A stretch of DNA of 39,398 nt from Promethearchaeati archaeon (GCA_013166775.1 JABLTJ010000031.1:1-39398), one strand, 5' to 3'; numbered from the stretch's first letter, positions 17,548-26,577 are shown. Notes: generated by a model not told the origin, from the letters alone. Translations and numbers: made by a program.

Positions 17548-18471
17548 TTGTCATCTAAAGAACAACAAGCAAAAGAGAAGAGGATATTATCTGGTATTCG
17601 AGAAATCTTGGAGTTTAGAAACTACAAAATCAAAAAAACAGATGAAAATGATGATTATTTAGATATTCATGGAAATAGAGTTGAAGAGGATGGGGAAAAG
17701 ACAAATGTAATAGCTCGATTTCCAAAGAATCCTCAAATTGGAGTGAAAACTATCCGAACATTAGGAAAACTCCAAGAAGAGGAAAATATCGATAATGCAA
17801 TGCTAATCGCAGAAGCTTCTTTAACTCATTATGCAAAGAAAGAATCTGTTAAGCTTGGCATTGAGATTATAAGTAGTTCTAATCCACTATTCAATATTTT
17901 TGAACATGAGGTAGTTCCTCAGCATTTGAAGCTTAAAAGCGGTGAAATACGAGCCTTTCTCAATAGATATCAGATTGAGAAACATCAGATACCAAAGATC
18001 CTCGAAACGGATCCAGCAGTCAAAGCGATACAAGCAAAACCAGGAGATGTAATTAAGATAGTTAGAAGCCCTATAATGGGAGAACAAGGTTCCTATTACA
18101 GAGTAGTTATCAAATCAGCATCAAGATTAAGGTTAACAGAAATAACACCTATAAGGAAAACAAAAACTCAACCAAAAACAAAACCAGCTAAAAAAACTGA
18201 AGAAAAACCAAAAACAAAACCAGCTAAAAAAACTGAAGAAAAACCAAAAATCACTCCAACAAAGACAGCTAAGAAAGCACCAGCAAAGAAAACTACACCA
18301 GCAAAGAAAACTACACCAGCAAAGAAAACTACACCAGCAAAGAAAACTACACCAGCAAAGAAAACTACACCAGCAAAGAAAACTACACCAGCAAAGAAAA
18401 CTACAACAACAAAAAAGACTACAACAAAAAAGGATGCAACAAAGCCAAAAAAAACTACAAAGAAAAAGTAG
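17548..18471 (+). CDS. rpo5: RNA polymerase subunit Rpo5/RpoH with eukaryotic RPB5-type N-terminal domain and Lys-rich repeat tail
   Basis: C domain FNIFEHEVVPQH...QIPKILETDP...AKPGDVIKIVRS..YYRVV; N domain FPKNPQIGVKTIR; K/T/P/A-rich tail. Confidence 0.92.
   Translation: MSSKEQQAKEKRILSGIREILEFRNYKIKKTDENDDYLDIHGNRVEEDGEKTNVIARFPKNPQIGVKTIRTLGKLQEEENIDNAMLIAEASLTHYAKKESVKLGIEIISSSNPLFNIFEHEVVPQHLKLKSGEIRAFLNRYQIEKHQIPKILETDPAVKAIQAKPGDVIKIVRSPIMGEQGSYYRVVIKSASRLRLTEITPIRKTKTQPKTKPAKKTEEKPKTKPAKKTEEKPKITPTKTAKKAPAKKTTPAKKTTPAKKTTPAKKTTPAKKTTPAKKTTPAKKTTTTKKTTTKKDATKPKKTTKKK
18172..18250 (+). repeat. 36-bp coding tandem repeat x2 (PKTKPAKKTEEK)
   Basis: Identical copies at 18172-18207 and 18208-18243 plus a partial third. 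Confidence 0.9.
18280..18405 (+). repeat. 18-bp perfect coding tandem repeat x7 (CCAGCAAAGAAAACTACA = PAKKTT)
   Basis: Seven identical consecutive units, no spacers. Confidence 0.97.
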
Positions 18472-18507
18472 TTTGAGATTTAAACTGATTTTTTAAAAGG
18501 GTTCAAA

Positions 18508-19443
18508 ATGATTACTTTCCTAGCAGGAGGAACTGGAACCCCTAAACTAATTCAAGGTTTTAGAAAAATTCTCAGTGATAAGGAAATAGCAGTTATTGCA
18601 AATTCAGCAGATGATATATGGTTATACGGATTATACATCTCTCCAGATATCGACACTATCTTGTATCTTTTCAGTGGTTTACTGAATGAGGAGAAATATT
18701 GGGGAATCAAGAATGATACTTTTCAAACACTTGATTTTCTGAAAAGATATAATGAAGATATTTGGTTCAATCTAGGTGACAAAGACTTAGCTCTTCATTT
18801 ATTCAGAACTGAAAAACTTAGAAAAGGAGAAAAACTTTCTCTTATAGTAAACCAAATAAAAAATCAACTAGGAATTTCAGCGAAAATTTTCCCAAGTTCT
18901 GAAAAACATATAGAAACAAGAATTATAACAAAAGAAGGTGAGGATATTCATTTTCAGGAGTTTTGGGTAAAACACAGAGGAAATGTATCTATTGATAAAG
19001 TTTACATCAAAGGGATAGAGGAAGCCATTGTCCCTTCAGAAGTTCTGGAAACACTAGATGAATCAGAGATTGTAATTATTGGTCCAAGTAATCCTATAAC
19101 AAGTATAGGTCCAATAATAATGATAGAAGAAATACAAAGATGGTTTCAAAAGAATAAGGAAAAATGTATAGCTATCAGTCCTGTAGTAGGAAGGAGTCCA
19201 CTTAGTGGCCCTACAGCTGGATTAATGAAAGCAGAAAATCGGGAATCGACAGCTTTAGGAGTAGCTCAAATATATCAAGACCTCTGCTCCTGTTTTATAG
19301 TTGATAATCAAGATAAAGGAAGAATCAGCGAAATTGAGCAGAAAACTGGATTAATTGTCGAAGCACGAGATATAATTTTCAAAGATATAAACGTGGCTAA
19401 GAATCTTGCCAATTATATCTTAAAAAGAGGAAATGTGTTATGA
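18508..19443 (+). CDS. cofD: 2-phospho-L-lactate transferase (F420 biosynthesis)
   Basis: LAGGTGTPK, ISPDIDT, WFNLGDKD, HFQEFWV, IGPSNPITSIGP. Confidence 0.95.
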   Translation: MITFLAGGTGTPKLIQGFRKILSDKEIAVIANSADDIWLYGLYISPDIDTILYLFSGLLNEEKYWGIKNDTFQTLDFLKRYNEDIWFNLGDKDLALHLFRTEKLRKGEKLSLIVNQIKNQLGISAKIFPSSEKHIETRIITKEGEDIHFQEFWVKHRGNVSIDKVYIKGIEEAIVPSEVLETLDESEIVIIGPSNPITSIGPIIMIEEIQRWFQKNKEKCIAISPVVGRSPLSGPTAGLMKAENRESTALGVAQIYQDLCSCFIVDNQDKGRISEIEQKTGLIVEARDIIFKDINVAKNLANYILKRGNVL

Positions 19444-20054
19444 AAGTTGGAGTTTTAATTCCATATCGTGGAACTAGCATGGATAAAAGCAGACTCCGTA
19501 AGAGCATTACAAATAAGATTGTTGATGAATTACTTTATCAAATGACACAGCAAGTTATCACTACTAGTACAACATTGAGTGAGGAATTTAATACTTATTT
19601 ACTTACTAAGAATGATTCAGTCAAGTTTGACGGAAATTTTACAATCTTGAAAGATCAGGGAGAAATGTTGAATGATTCTATTGAATTAGCTATAAATTCA
19701 TTAAAAGAAGATATTATTCTTATTGTTATGGCTGATTTACCTTTAGTAAGGAAGGAGGATTTAGAGAGAATAGTAAATCTTCATAAAACTGGTATGGAAG
19801 TTATTATTGCACCTTCTTCTGATAATGGCACAAGTCTTTTATGCTTTAACTCGAAAAAACCTTTTAATTTTGTTTTTGGCAATAATTCAGCTGTAGAATA
19901 TCAGAAGATATTTACAGAAAAGGGAATTAAATTCAAACTACTAAAACATGAAAAATACTATTGTGACATAGACAGATTTAAAGATTTGAGAGAAATAAAA
20001 GGATTTGATTTTATTCCAAATTGGTTAAAGAAAATAGTGGATGCAGTGGTATGA
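19440..20054 (+). CDS. cofC: 2-phospho-L-lactate/PEP guanylyltransferase (F420 biosynthesis)
   Basis: KSRL, MADLP, IAPSSDNGTS, FG..S, DID motifs; overlaps cofD. Confidence 0.85.
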   Translation: MKVGVLIPYRGTSMDKSRLRKSITNKIVDELLYQMTQQVITTSTTLSEEFNTYLLTKNDSVKFDGNFTILKDQGEMLNDSIELAINSLKEDIILIVMADLPLVRKEDLERIVNLHKTGMEVIIAPSSDNGTSLLCFNSKKPFNFVFGNNSAVEYQKIFTEKGIKFKLLKHEKYYCDIDRFKDLREIKGFDFIPNWLKKIVDAVV

Positions 20055-21200
20055 ATGAAAGAGAAAATAGAAAGGATACAAAACGTATTGCAGAAGTATA
20101 ATATTGACAGTTGGATTGTTTTTTGTCATCATTCTTATGATATTCACCTTAAATATTTATTAGAGAAATGGCATTCTAGCCCAACTCTAGTAAATGTTCC
20201 TCAAGAAGGAACACCAAGAGTGATTTCCTCTGTAATGGAAACAATGATGGTTAATGATGAGATCTATGAAGTTCAAAGTTATAAGAAAGGTGATGAATTA
20301 ATAGAGTTATTGAAATCAGAAATGAATGGATTTTCAAAAGATTCTAAGATAGCTTTGAACTTTGTTGAAGAAGAAGAAGCTCTGCGAAGGCAGAGTTATG
20401 ATATTATTACAAGTGGTACGTTTAAAGCACTCACAAATTTTAACCATACTCTAAATTACGTTTCCGCAAAGGATATAATTTTTGATATTCGTGCAGTTAA
20501 AACAAAGAAAGAAATTGAGAACCATAAGATTTCTTCTAAGCTTGCTGAAGAATTAATGATAGAAGTGGTAGAACCCCAAATAAAACCAGGAATGATGGAA
20601 AAAGAACTTGCAGCAATAATTGAATTCGAATGTAATAAGCGAGGGGGAGTTGCATTTGAAGCAATTGTAGGTTCAGGTCCTAATTCAGCTATACCTCATC
20701 ATAAATCAGGTGGAGGAAAAATAGAACAGAATCAAGTTCTATTAATAGACTATGGATCAACCCATAATTGGGCAAATTCGGATATAACACACACTTATTG
20801 GATAGGTTCTAAACCACCTGAAGAAGTCTTGAGAGCTTATGATGCAGTTGATAAAGCAAAAGAAGCTGCTTATACAAAAATAAAAGCAGGAGTTTTAGGA
20901 GAAGAAGTGGAAGTAGCAGTAAGGGGAGTCTTTGATGAATTCGGGTATGATCATGAGAAACTCTTTATGCACTCTACAGGTCATCCAATAGGTATTGAAA
21001 CTCATGATATTGGTTATGGAATATATAGAGGAACACCAATTAGACCTTCAAAACCACTACTAGAAAATTCAGTAATAACAGTTGAACCAGGATTATATTT
21101 TGAAGGGGAATTTGGTGTAAGATTAGAAGATGATTGCGTTGTGACAAAAGAAGGATCAATCAGATTATCCAATACTCCAAAAGAAATAGTCTGTCTCTAA
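20055..21200 (+). CDS. M24 family Xaa-Pro aminopeptidase/prolidase
   Basis: PHH, IDYG..SDITHT, HSTGHPIGIETHD, TVEPGLY, GVRLEDD. Confidence 0.93.
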   Translation: MKEKIERIQNVLQKYNIDSWIVFCHHSYDIHLKYLLEKWHSSPTLVNVPQEGTPRVISSVMETMMVNDEIYEVQSYKKGDELIELLKSEMNGFSKDSKIALNFVEEEEALRRQSYDIITSGTFKALTNFNHTLNYVSAKDIIFDIRAVKTKKEIENHKISSKLAEELMIEVVEPQIKPGMMEKELAAIIEFECNKRGGVAFEAIVGSGPNSAIPHHKSGGGKIEQNQVLLIDYGSTHNWANSDITHTYWIGSKPPEEVLRAYDAVDKAKEAAYTKIKAGVLGEEVEVAVRGVFDEFGYDHEKLFMHSTGHPIGIETHDIGYGIYRGTPIRPSKPLLENSVITVEPGLYFEGEFGVRLEDDCVVTKEGSIRLSNTPKEIVCL

Positions 21201-21355
21201 TCCTCTCTTTATTTTTATTTCATTTTTCATGTATTTTTAGCTACAGTTTCTTCTTTACGTGGAGTTCAAATTTACTGCTAGTAATACCCACGTGTGATGA
21301 CAATATTATTTCGTTTTAAGGTAACTTGAACCTATGCATGACTAAGGTGAAATAA

Positions 21356-21970
21356 GTGTCATGGAGATTGTGGCTAAAATCAAAGCCAAAATCAATTAAT
21401 TTAGGATTCTATGGAGAAGTAAATGCAGGTAAAACTACCTTAGCAAATAAGATTGGTAGAGATTGGGCAGATCAAGAAGTGGGTATTGTAAGTGAGATAC
21501 CACATGAAACACGAAATATACAGAAACTTGAGAAAGTGAATTTTGCAACTAGAGGTACAAAATTAGATTTGACTCTAATAGACATGCCAGGTATTGCATC
21601 GTCTGTAAACCCATCAGATTTTATAAAACACGGCCTATCAGCAAGTGAAGCAATGGAAAGAGCTAAAGAAGCAACTAGAGGAATTGTAGAAGCAATAAAG
21701 TATCTAGAAAATGTAGATGTTGCATTAGTAATCATTGATGCGACAAGAACACCATTTGATCAGGTAAACTTCACAATTTTGGGTAATCTAGAACATCAGA
21801 AGAAACCATTCATTCTAGTTCCAAATAAAATAGATTTACCTGAATCAAATGTAAGAATCGTAAGAGATGCATTCGAAAATTACACTGTAATCCCAGTATC
21901 AGCTCTTCAAGGAGATGGAATAGAAGCTCTGTATGATAAAATAGCCGAGATGGCTAAGAGGGTAAGGTGA
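21356..21970 (+). CDS. oapA: Era-like GTP-binding protein OapA
   Basis: GEVNAGKTT, IPHETR, IDMPG, ERAKEATRG, NKID, VSAL; followed by a DUF2073-like gene. Confidence 0.85.
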   Translation: MSWRLWLKSKPKSINLGFYGEVNAGKTTLANKIGRDWADQEVGIVSEIPHETRNIQKLEKVNFATRGTKLDLTLIDMPGIASSVNPSDFIKHGLSASEAMERAKEATRGIVEAIKYLENVDVALVIIDATRTPFDQVNFTILGNLEHQKKPFILVPNKIDLPESNVRIVRDAFENYTVIPVSALQGDGIEALYDKIAEMAKRVR

Positions 21971-21974
21971 CAAA

Positions 21975-22325
21975 ATGAAGTATAGAGTAGATTTTATACC
22001 TTTCAGTGAGGTTCACGATTTAGCTCCTGATGAAAAGATTCGTTACATTCTATCAAAAGTGATGCGAAACACAATCTTAGTCTTAGAGAGTGGACTTACT
22101 CACTCGGAAGAATTGAACCTTATAGAGAAAACAATGGGAAAAATCGATTATGATGACTTTATCGGAGTTAAGTTATTCTCCTTCGATGCAGGAGACGATT
22201 TCAAGTGGACTAAGCTCTTTGGAAAAGGATCTAAAAACAAGATTTTTACCATCGTTGCACCAAATGAAGCTGTCTCAGTAACCAAAGATGAAAGAGGAAT
22301 ATTATCAATAAGAATTAACGATTAG
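21975..22325 (+). CDS. oapB: OapB/DUF2073 family protein
   Basis: EKIRYIL..V...ILVLESGL...EE..LIE.TM..ID.D.FIG...TIVAP. Confidence 0.8.
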   Translation: MKYRVDFIPFSEVHDLAPDEKIRYILSKVMRNTILVLESGLTHSEELNLIEKTMGKIDYDDFIGVKLFSFDAGDDFKWTKLFGKGSKNKIFTIVAPNEAVSVTKDERGILSIRIND

Positions 22326-22831
22326 ATATCATCTATGTACTTTTTCACCTTTGATAACACATCACTAAACGACTCGTCCACCGCACTATCTGTGTAAACT
22401 ACGCTTACGTTCTCAGGACCGTAAAGCTCTAACATGTCGGATAATATAACTTCCATAATCTCAGCTTGGACATTCTCGTCTACCTTAGACGGCATGTAAT
22501 CTCTCTCTACCAACCTTCGGCGTAAAAGCCTAATCGAGCACCTAAGAACTATGCAGTGTGTCAAAAACAAGGGAGGGAGTTCCACTACATGACCATCCAA
22601 TATTAAGGGAAGGGAGGAATCATTTTGCTCAATCAACTCAATCATTGTTTCAGTTATTAAATCATCATCAACCACATAAGTATCACGTTCTTCATCATAA
22701 TAATCAAACAGAGAATGTTCCTTGGCATACTTCCCAACATCAATAACTGTAAAACCTTCTTTCTGAAACATCTGTGCGATGGTTGACTTTCCAGTACCTG
22801 GTGTCCCTGTGATCAGAATAGCTTTCTTCAT
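22322..22831 (-). CDS. Adenylate kinase 6 / Fap7-like NMP kinase
   Basis: MKKAILITGTPGTGKST, LDGH, LRC...L..R.Y...KVDENVQAEI. Start placed at ATG 22831, not 23053. Confidence 0.9.
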   Translation of the reverse strand: MKKAILITGTPGTGKSTIAQMFQKEGFTVIDVGKYAKEHSLFDYYDEERDTYVVDDDLITETMIELIEQNDSSLPLILDGHVVELPPLFLTHCIVLRCSIRLLRRRLVERDYMPSKVDENVQAEIMEVILSDMLELYGPENVSVVYTDSAVDESFSDVLSKVKKYIDDI

Positions 22832-22892
22832 TATGATTTCAAATATGAAGAAGATAAAAAGTTTAAGAAATAAGAGACTAAAAGTAATATTT

Positions 22893-22916
22893 ATATATGC
22901 ACATATATACATATAT
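22893..22916 (+). promoter_or_regulatory. Putative ArsR operator ATATATG-N10-CATATAT
   Basis: Inverted repeat 14 nt upstream of the arsR ATG. ArsR/SmtB repressors typically autoregulate through such AT-rich repeats. Confidence 0.45.
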
Positions 22917-22930
22917 TCGCAGTGGATTAG

Positions 22931-23239
22931 ATGAGTGAGCAAGCGAAGTTCTTTAAAGCATTGGGAGACGAAACACGGCTTACAATAGTTATGTGTCTTC
23001 TCAACAAAGATCACTGTGCTTGTGATTTTACCGGAGTGACTAAAAGAGAACAATCAACAATCTCTAGGCATTTAAAGGTGCTTCTAGAAGCAGGAGTTGT
23101 TAAATATAGGAGAGTAGGAAAAAATCTAATTTACAGTATAAGGGATGAGGAAACTAGAGAAAAAATCGAGAATTTCGGAATAAAAGCGATAATAGATTGC
23201 TGTGAAAGTTGCACAGTAAAGATAATAGAGGAAAGGTGA
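22931..23239 (+). CDS. arsR: ArsR/SmtB transcriptional repressor
   Basis: FFKALGDETRL, HCACDF (alpha3 Cys site), QSTISRHLKVL, C-terminal DCCESC. Confidence 0.92.
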   Translation: MSEQAKFFKALGDETRLTIVMCLLNKDHCACDFTGVTKREQSTISRHLKVLLEAGVVKYRRVGKNLIYSIRDEETREKIENFGIKAIIDCCESCTVKIIEER

Positions 23240-23243
23240 AAAA

Positions 23244-23378
23244 ATGGAAGCAGAAAAAGAAGAGAATGATGGAATTACAATCACTTCTCAAAGTGAAAAA
23301 TTAAAGAGATGGACAAAAAAGAAAAACGCTTGTTGTTTTAACCATTATCTAATAGATTACTCTAGTCGAATATTCTAA
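23244..23378 (+). CDS. Unannotated 44-aa Cys-Cys micro-protein MEAEKEENDGITITSQSEKLKRWTKKKNACCFNHYLIDYSSRIF
   Basis: AGGTGA RBS-like motif overlapping the arsR stop, ATG at 23244, TAA at 23376-23378. Confidence 0.5.
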   Translation: MEAEKEENDGITITSQSEKLKRWTKKKNACCFNHYLIDYSSRIF

Positions 23379-23390
23379 TGAGGTGGAAAA

Positions 23391-23492
23391 ATGGAACCAA
23401 AAAAAGAAAGAGAAGAAAAAGAAGAAGAATGCTGTCCTGAAGAAGAAAAAATGGAAGCAGAAAAAACAGAACATGAAAAACCTTGTTGCTAA
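23391..23492 (+). CDS. Unannotated 33-aa acidic micro-protein with two Cys-Cys pairs MEPKKEREEKEEECCPEEEKMEAEKTEHEKPCC
   Basis: GAGGTG RBS at 23380-23385, ATG at 23391, ends CC-stop. Confidence 0.65.
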   Translation: MEPKKEREEKEEECCPEEEKMEAEKTEHEKPCC

Positions 23493-23513
23493 ACAAGTAG
23501 AAATGTGATAAAA

Positions 23514-24326
23514 ATGGAAGCTAAAGAGGTTAAAAAAATAGTAAGAAAAAGCTATGCAAAAGTAGCTAGAAAGGGATCCTCTTGTTGTGGAGGGGATGCT
23601 AAAGCTGAAAATATCAGCAAAGCTATCGGGTATACTAAACTTGAATTAGATAGTATTCCAGAGGAGGCAATTTTAGGACTTGGTTGTGGTAACCCAACAG
23701 CAATCGCTTCTTTACAAGAAGGAGAAATTGTTGTAGATTTAGGATCAGGAGGGGGATTAGATGTTTTTCTAGCTGCAACAAAAATAGGTCCAACAGGTAA
23801 AGCGATTGGAATTGATATGACACCAGATATGATCGATTTAGCACGAGATAATGCAAAAAAGAATAATATAACCAATGTTGAGTTTAGACTTGGAGAGATT
23901 GAAAACCTTCCAGTTGCAGACAATTCAGCAGATATAATTATTTCAAACTGTGTAATTAATTTATCTCCTGAGAAGCTAAAGGTCTTTCAAGAATCGTTTC
24001 GAGTTCTGAAACCTGGAGGAAGGTTAGCTATATCTGATTTAGTGTTATTACGCCCTCTTCCTGAATCTGTGAGAAAAAATGAAAAATATCTTGCTGGATG
24101 TATAGCAGGAGCAGAGCTCAAAAATAAATATGTCGATTTCATAGAAGAAGCTGGTTTTCAAGATGTTCAGATAGCTACTGAAGAAGGATATCTAGAAGAT
24201 TTTGATGATGAAGAAATTCTAGAGGATTTTGGTGCAGAAGAATTCGATAATCTTGAGGAAGAAAAGGAATACATTAGAAAATCAATACAAAGTATCACAA
24301 TAACTGCTTATAAACCAAAAAAATAA
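23514..24326 (+). CDS. arsM: Arsenite S-adenosylmethionine methyltransferase
   Basis: SSCCGG, LGLGCGNP, DLGSGGG.D, SNCVINL, AGCIAGA. Start is likely ATG 23514. Confidence 0.95.
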   Translation: MEAKEVKKIVRKSYAKVARKGSSCCGGDAKAENISKAIGYTKLELDSIPEEAILGLGCGNPTAIASLQEGEIVVDLGSGGGLDVFLAATKIGPTGKAIGIDMTPDMIDLARDNAKKNNITNVEFRLGEIENLPVADNSADIIISNCVINLSPEKLKVFQESFRVLKPGGRLAISDLVLLRPLPESVRKNEKYLAGCIAGAELKNKYVDFIEEAGFQDVQIATEEGYLEDFDDEEILEDFGAEEFDNLEEEKEYIRKSIQSITITAYKPKK

Positions 24327-24330
24327 CTTT

Positions 24331-24356
24331 AAGGTAGGTAATTACCTACCTTTTTT
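24331..24356. terminator. Perfect 22-bp palindrome + T tract between convergent arsM and plsY
   Basis: AAGGTAGGTAATTACCTACCTT (24331-24352) running into TTTTTT. Confidence 0.7.
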
Positions 24357-25098
24357 ATTTTAATATTTCATCTCCCAATTTGCTTTTACCTCTTATTGCT
24401 TTTAGTATTCTCATCCTTTTAGCTTCCCCAGCTTTTATTTTTCGGAAGTTATCACGTTGTCTACTAATCATTACTAAAGCAATAGCAAAGAGCAGTATAG
24501 CCAAACCAAGATTATATTCTGCCCAACCCATAAGCATTATAGGAGGGAGGAATAGAGCGATTACACCAACTAATAATGTTACTGCTACATAATTTATAGC
24601 AGAATATCCTACGAAGATTATACAAATTGGCCATAGAATTGCCCAGAAAGCAAGGAGTATAGGATTGACAACCAGTGTTGAAGCTATGACCACTGTAATA
24701 CCTCGTCCTCCATGACCAGGTAAAAGATACACAGGCCAGTTATGACCAAAAATTGCACCAATTCCAGCAAAAACTAAAGCAAAGCAAGTATAAATTCCGA
24801 ATTCAGGCCAGATAAATATCTCAACCATTGTATCATTGTTGACAAAATAAAGATTCTTTGTTAATAGATAAGGAATAGAAACTGCAGCGATAGACCTACA
24901 AACGTCTAAGATTCCTGCAAAAAAAGCCCAAAATTTAGATTCAGTTGCACGGTAAACATTTCTTCCACCAACATTTCCTGATCCTATTGTTCGTATATCT
25001 TTACCTAGTTTTAATTTCACCACAATCCAACTAAAGGGTATTGAACCAATAAGATAAGAACTAAGCAAAATCAGAAAATAAACAAGAGCGACATGCAT
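24355..25098 (-). CDS. plsY: Glycerol-3-phosphate acyltransferase PlsY
   Basis: YLIGSIP, DIRTIGSGNVGGRNVYR, GHNWPVY..GHGGRG; multi-TM. Confidence 0.88.
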   Translation of the reverse strand: MHVALVYFLILLSSYLIGSIPFSWIVVKLKLGKDIRTIGSGNVGGRNVYRATESKFWAFFAGILDVCRSIAAVSIPYLLTKNLYFVNNDTMVEIFIWPEFGIYTCFALVFAGIGAIFGHNWPVYLLPGHGGRGITVVIASTLVVNPILLAFWAILWPICIIFVGYSAINYVAVTLLVGVIALFLPPIMLMGWAEYNLGLAILLFAIALVMISRQRDNFRKIKAGEAKRMRILKAIRGKSKLGDEILK

Positions 25099-25194
25099 GA
25101 ATTTGATTTGAAAACGCTTTAATAAAAGATTTATGCGTTTCGTATTGGAAACTGCTTAGCAATCAAATTTTTATACATTGAATATTCTTCTTAT

Positions 25195-26577
25195 TTGATG
25201 ACATCGAAAATCTCACCACTCATCTTTCGCGCATATGATATACGAGGATTATACAACAAAGATTTAACACCAGATATAATGTATAAAATCGGACTCGCTG
25301 TAGGAACTTACGTTACTAGAATTCTTGAGGGGGAAAGTTTAGTAGTAGGTAATGATATTCGACAATCTAGCATTCCATTAGCTTATTCTTTTATATCAGG
25401 TGTGCTTGCTACAGGCATTAATGTTACCTATGTTGGAACCACTGCATTTGGTCAAACACTTTTTGCAGGATGGAAATTAGGAGGAGATACAACAGCATTT
25501 ATCACTGCAAGTCATTTACCACCGGAATGGAATGGAATAAAGTTCTACCATAACGAGGGTGTTGGGTATTCTGAAGAAGAACTCATGAAGATTAGAGATC
25601 TTGCAATACAGAACGATTATGATTTCAGAGAGTGGGGGGAAGTAGGTGAAGTAAAGGATCATGATATTACTAATGAATATAAGGAGTTTTTCAATCAGAG
25701 GATTAGTTTTAAGAAAGAAATCAAAGTAGCTGTAGACTGTGGTGGAGGTAGTACTACTCTCTCAGTTCCAGATGTTTTTTCTAGTTTGGGACTTACTACT
25801 TACTGTGTTTTTTGTGAACCAGATCCTACATTTTCAGGAAGATCCTCTGATCCTAAACCAAAGAATCTATCAAAATTAGTGAATGAAGTTATAACAAATG
25901 AATGCGATTTTGGAGTTGCTTTTGATGGAGATGGAGATAGAGCAGTGATAGTAGACAACAAGGGTAAAATACTGTCAGCAGACGAAACTGGGATAATAAT
26001 CGGTAAGTATGGTTTAGCACAAAAATCTGGTACAATTATAGTAAATGTGGAATGCTCAAAAGCCATAAAAGAACAATTGGAACCTTTGGGATTCAATGTT
26101 AAACAAATACCTGTGGGTCACACTTTTTTAACAATTGAAGCTAAAATAGAAAACTCGCCACTGGGGATTGAATCCAGTGGACACATAATTGTTCCTGAAT
26201 ATTTCTTATTTGATGACGCTATAGTTACACCCTTGAAAATAGTAGAAATATTGGACAATCTGGATGAGAAACTATCAGATTTAGTAAACAAAATTCCAAC
26301 ATATCCAATCCTAAAAGAAGAGATTTTATGTGAAGATGAGATTAAATTTGAGGTTGTTGATGAGTTAAAAATAGAATTATCTGAAGAGTATTCAAACATA
26401 AATACGTTAGATGGTGTCAGAGTTAATCTTGAACAAGGATGGGTTCTAATAAGACCTTCTAATACTTCACCTTTGATTAGAATGACAATAGAAGCCGATA
26501 ACGAGGAAATAATTAGTAAATTCAAAACAATTTTTAGAGAAAAAGTTCAGAACATAATTGAGAAAATGAAAGATTAG
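25195..26577 (+). CDS. Phosphomannomutase/phosphoglucomutase
   Basis: IFRAYDIRG, TASHLP, FDGDGDR, ESSGH, IRPSNT. Confidence 0.95.
   Translation: MMTSKISPLIFRAYDIRGLYNKDLTPDIMYKIGLAVGTYVTRILEGESLVVGNDIRQSSIPLAYSFISGVLATGINVTYVGTTAFGQTLFAGWKLGGDTTAFITASHLPPEWNGIKFYHNEGVGYSEEELMKIRDLAIQNDYDFREWGEVGEVKDHDITNEYKEFFNQRISFKKEIKVAVDCGGGSTTLSVPDVFSSLGLTTYCVFCEPDPTFSGRSSDPKPKNLSKLVNEVITNECDFGVAFDGDGDRAVIVDNKGKILSADETGIIIGKYGLAQKSGTIIVNVECSKAIKEQLEPLGFNVKQIPVGHTFLTIEAKIENSPLGIESSGHIIVPEYFLFDDAIVTPLKIVEILDNLDEKLSDLVNKIPTYPILKEEILCEDEIKFEVVDELKIELSEEYSNINTLDGVRVNLEQGWVLIRPSNTSPLIRMTIEADNEEIISKFKTIFREKVQNIIEKMKD

Noticed and set aside
18280-18405. CRISPR-like repeat array
   Set aside because: Units are contiguous 18-mers with no spacers and lie in frame within rpo5.
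21200-21355. Replication origin next to oapA
   Set aside because: The intergenic region is short, with no ORB-like repeats or cdc6/orc1 gene visible.
22832-23053. N-terminal extension of the adenylate kinase ORF
   Set aside because: It overlaps arsR and its promoter on the opposite strand; the P-loop protein starts at ATG 22831.
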